Origin: Legionellales bacterium
GTDB lineage: Bacteria; Pseudomonadota; Gammaproteobacteria; UBA1113
Direction: 5' to 3'
Assembly: GCA_002707205.1 (NCBI GenBank)
Contig: PAMH01000013.1
Location: 1-62,748 of the forward strand
Length of the DNA: 62,748 nt
Part shown: piece after piece, positions 61,428 to 62,748 of the stretch
Layout: every line of letters starts with the position of its first letter
Numbering within the stretch: position 1 is the stretch's first letter
Notes under the pieces: model-generated
Seen by the model: the letters and a program-made list of their open reading frames with translations, nothing else
Told to the model about the DNA's origin: nothing
The model's database searches: none
Program-made: the position numbers and the translations under genes

Positions 61428-62748
61428 CTAATTTAATTTCACTTGAGTTATCAATCTAAATTGTAATTCTATTTCATCAATTTGATATTGTGGTTTTAAA
61501 TGCATAATACAATGATATTTCCCTGGCATACTCTTATTTTCTGTCACTTTAACTTTGGCTTCTCTTAAAGGATATTTTGTTCTGACATCCCGCGTTAAGG
61601 TAGTATTTTGTGCACGATATTGATGTAACCAACTATCTAGAAATAATTCACATTCCCTTGCACTGGAAAAGCCACCAATACGATCACGAAGTATCATTTT
61701 AATATAATGTGCAAATCGTGATACACACAATACATAATGTAATAAGGATGAGAGACTTGCGTTTACTGTCCCTGTTTTTGTTGTAAATTTTATTGGTTGT
61801 TGTAATGTTTGCATGTTATAGAAAATTGCTTTTTCTAAGTATCGATTATCTTTTAATACAATAAATCCTGCTTCACTTAATATTTTTTCCTGTGTATCTG
61901 TTATGGCATATTCTGTTGCATTTTTTGCAATTAAGTTATCCTCATCTGTCGAATAATAATCGCGATAAATATCAACGACACCCCCTTTACTATCCTTTTG
62001 ATGAATTCCTCGCATATCACTAAACCATCCTGTCTCTCGATATGATGTTATTACTGTACAAGCAAAAGCATAGCTTGCATTGCCCCAAAGATAATCGTCA
62101 TGATGTTCTGCCGATTCAGTAAAAAAGCGATTATGCGCAGATGAAGTAATTGCCTGATATAGTGGCCGCATTCTAATTCGTGGTAACACTAAACCTAAAT
62201 AATGTGAATCCTCTTCTATACGTATTTGCTTCCACCGTTCATATTCTTTTTGTTGTAATAAATCTTTTACTTGAAAGGGTATCTGTATCTCTGAAAAACT
62301 ATTAATACCAAAAAAATTAGGTGCAATACCTACCACTATCGGACAAAATGCACTGCTAGCAATTTTTGCTAATTCTCTAAGCAAATAAATACAATCTGGA
62401 ATATCTGGTTGTATATTATGATTAAAATAATAGTCGGCAATAATCAAACCAAATGGTTGCCCACCGGGTTGATCAAACTCCTGTTCATAAATTTTTTTAA
62501 ATAATGCCGACTGATCAAAATCAACTGCATGTTCAATATTCTTTGCTAATACTTTGGCACTAATATTTAAAATTTTGATTACAGTTGATGTATCATCTTC
62601 GCGAGCATTTAGTAGTAACAATAAACCACGCCATGAAGCCTCTAGTTTTTGCAATAAGCTATTATGAAGAATAATATTTATTTGTTTGTTAATGACGGCA
62701 TCAATATGCTGGATTAATTTCAATATAATGTTATCTGAACTTATTAAC
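61428..62748 (-). CDS. Second, divergent TssC-family sheath protein (partial, runs off the window edge)
   Basis: TssC blocks are present: LQKLEASWRGLLLLL, FDQSALFKKIYEQEFDQPGGQPFG, SAFCPIVVG, SRFAHYIKMILRDRIG and KYHCIMHLKPQYQIDEI. The ORF-track start at 62723 is a TTG, and the frame stays open (LISSDNII...) up to position 62748. Confidence 0.85.
   Translation of the reverse strand, partial: LISSDNIILKLIQHIDAVINKQINIILHNSLLQKLEASWRGLLLLLNAREDDTSTVIKILNISAKVLAKNIEHAVDFDQSALFKKIYEQEFDQPGGQPFGLIIADYYFNHNIQPDIPDCIYLLRELAKIASSAFCPIVVGIAPNFFGINSFSEIQIPFQVKDLLQQKEYERWKQIRIEEDSHYLGLVLPRIRMRPLYQAITSSAHNRFFTESAEHHDDYLWGNASYAFACTVITSYRETGWFSDMRGIHQKDSKGGVVDIYRDYYSTDEDNLIAKNATEYAITDTQEKILSEAGFIVLKDNRYLEKAIFYNMQTLQQPIKFTTKTGTVNASLSSLLHYVLCVSRFAHYIKMILRDRIGGFSSARECELFLDSWLHQYRAQNTTLTRDVRTKYPLREAKVKVTENKSMPGKYHCIMHLKPQYQIDEIELQFRLITQVKLN

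Noticed and set aside
1-62748. A scan for CRISPR arrays, rRNA/tRNA genes, IS elements, integrases, and phage or plasmid genes.
   Set aside because: No regularly spaced direct repeats, tRNA-like cloverleaf candidates in intergenic regions, or transposase/integrase-like translations were seen in the ORF track or the spacers.

Overview
This is a 62.7 kb AT-rich chromosomal segment. Its gene content and order look gammaproteobacterial: ftsYEX, dprA-smg-topA-tsaC, radA, rpsF-rpsR-rplI, tex, lptD/amgK/murU, rpoH and ubiJ-ubiB. Orphan effector-like genes are scattered among these core genes. They include a eukaryotic-like Ser/Thr kinase, an Inc-like membrane protein with two double-length hydrophobic domains, and coiled-coil orphans. 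That mix suggests a Legionellales-type intracellular lifestyle, but this taxonomic guess is inference only.

Positions 1-43.9 kb are mostly housekeeping genes with small accessory islets. From 43,984 to the window edge, everything lies on the minus strand and forms a type VI secretion system (T6SS) locus. In transcription order it reads tssC-paralog, tssE, tssF, tssG, clpV, a 1.5 kb decayed gap, an orphan in the fha position, tssJ, tssK, tssL, tssM, tssA, tssB, tssC.

Unusual points of the T6SS locus:
- It has two strongly diverged TssC sheath paralogs at opposite ends. The second runs off the window edge.
- TssM appears to lack the canonical N-terminal transmembrane hairpin and has a GKQ Walker A variant.
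- No hcp, vgrG, PAAR or effector/immunity genes occur in about 19 kb.
- The fha slot is occupied by a protein with no clear FHA signature.
- A frameshifted FAD-monooxygenase remnant splits the locus.
- The central genes are visibly more AT-rich than the neighbouring core genes.

Separately, the 540 bp rpoH/ubiJ intergenic region holds a dense set of interleaved perfect inverted repeats, which suggests an unannotated structured RNA. No rRNA, tRNA, CRISPR array, transposase or integrase was recognised. All calls come from reading the translations and sequence by eye. No searches were run.
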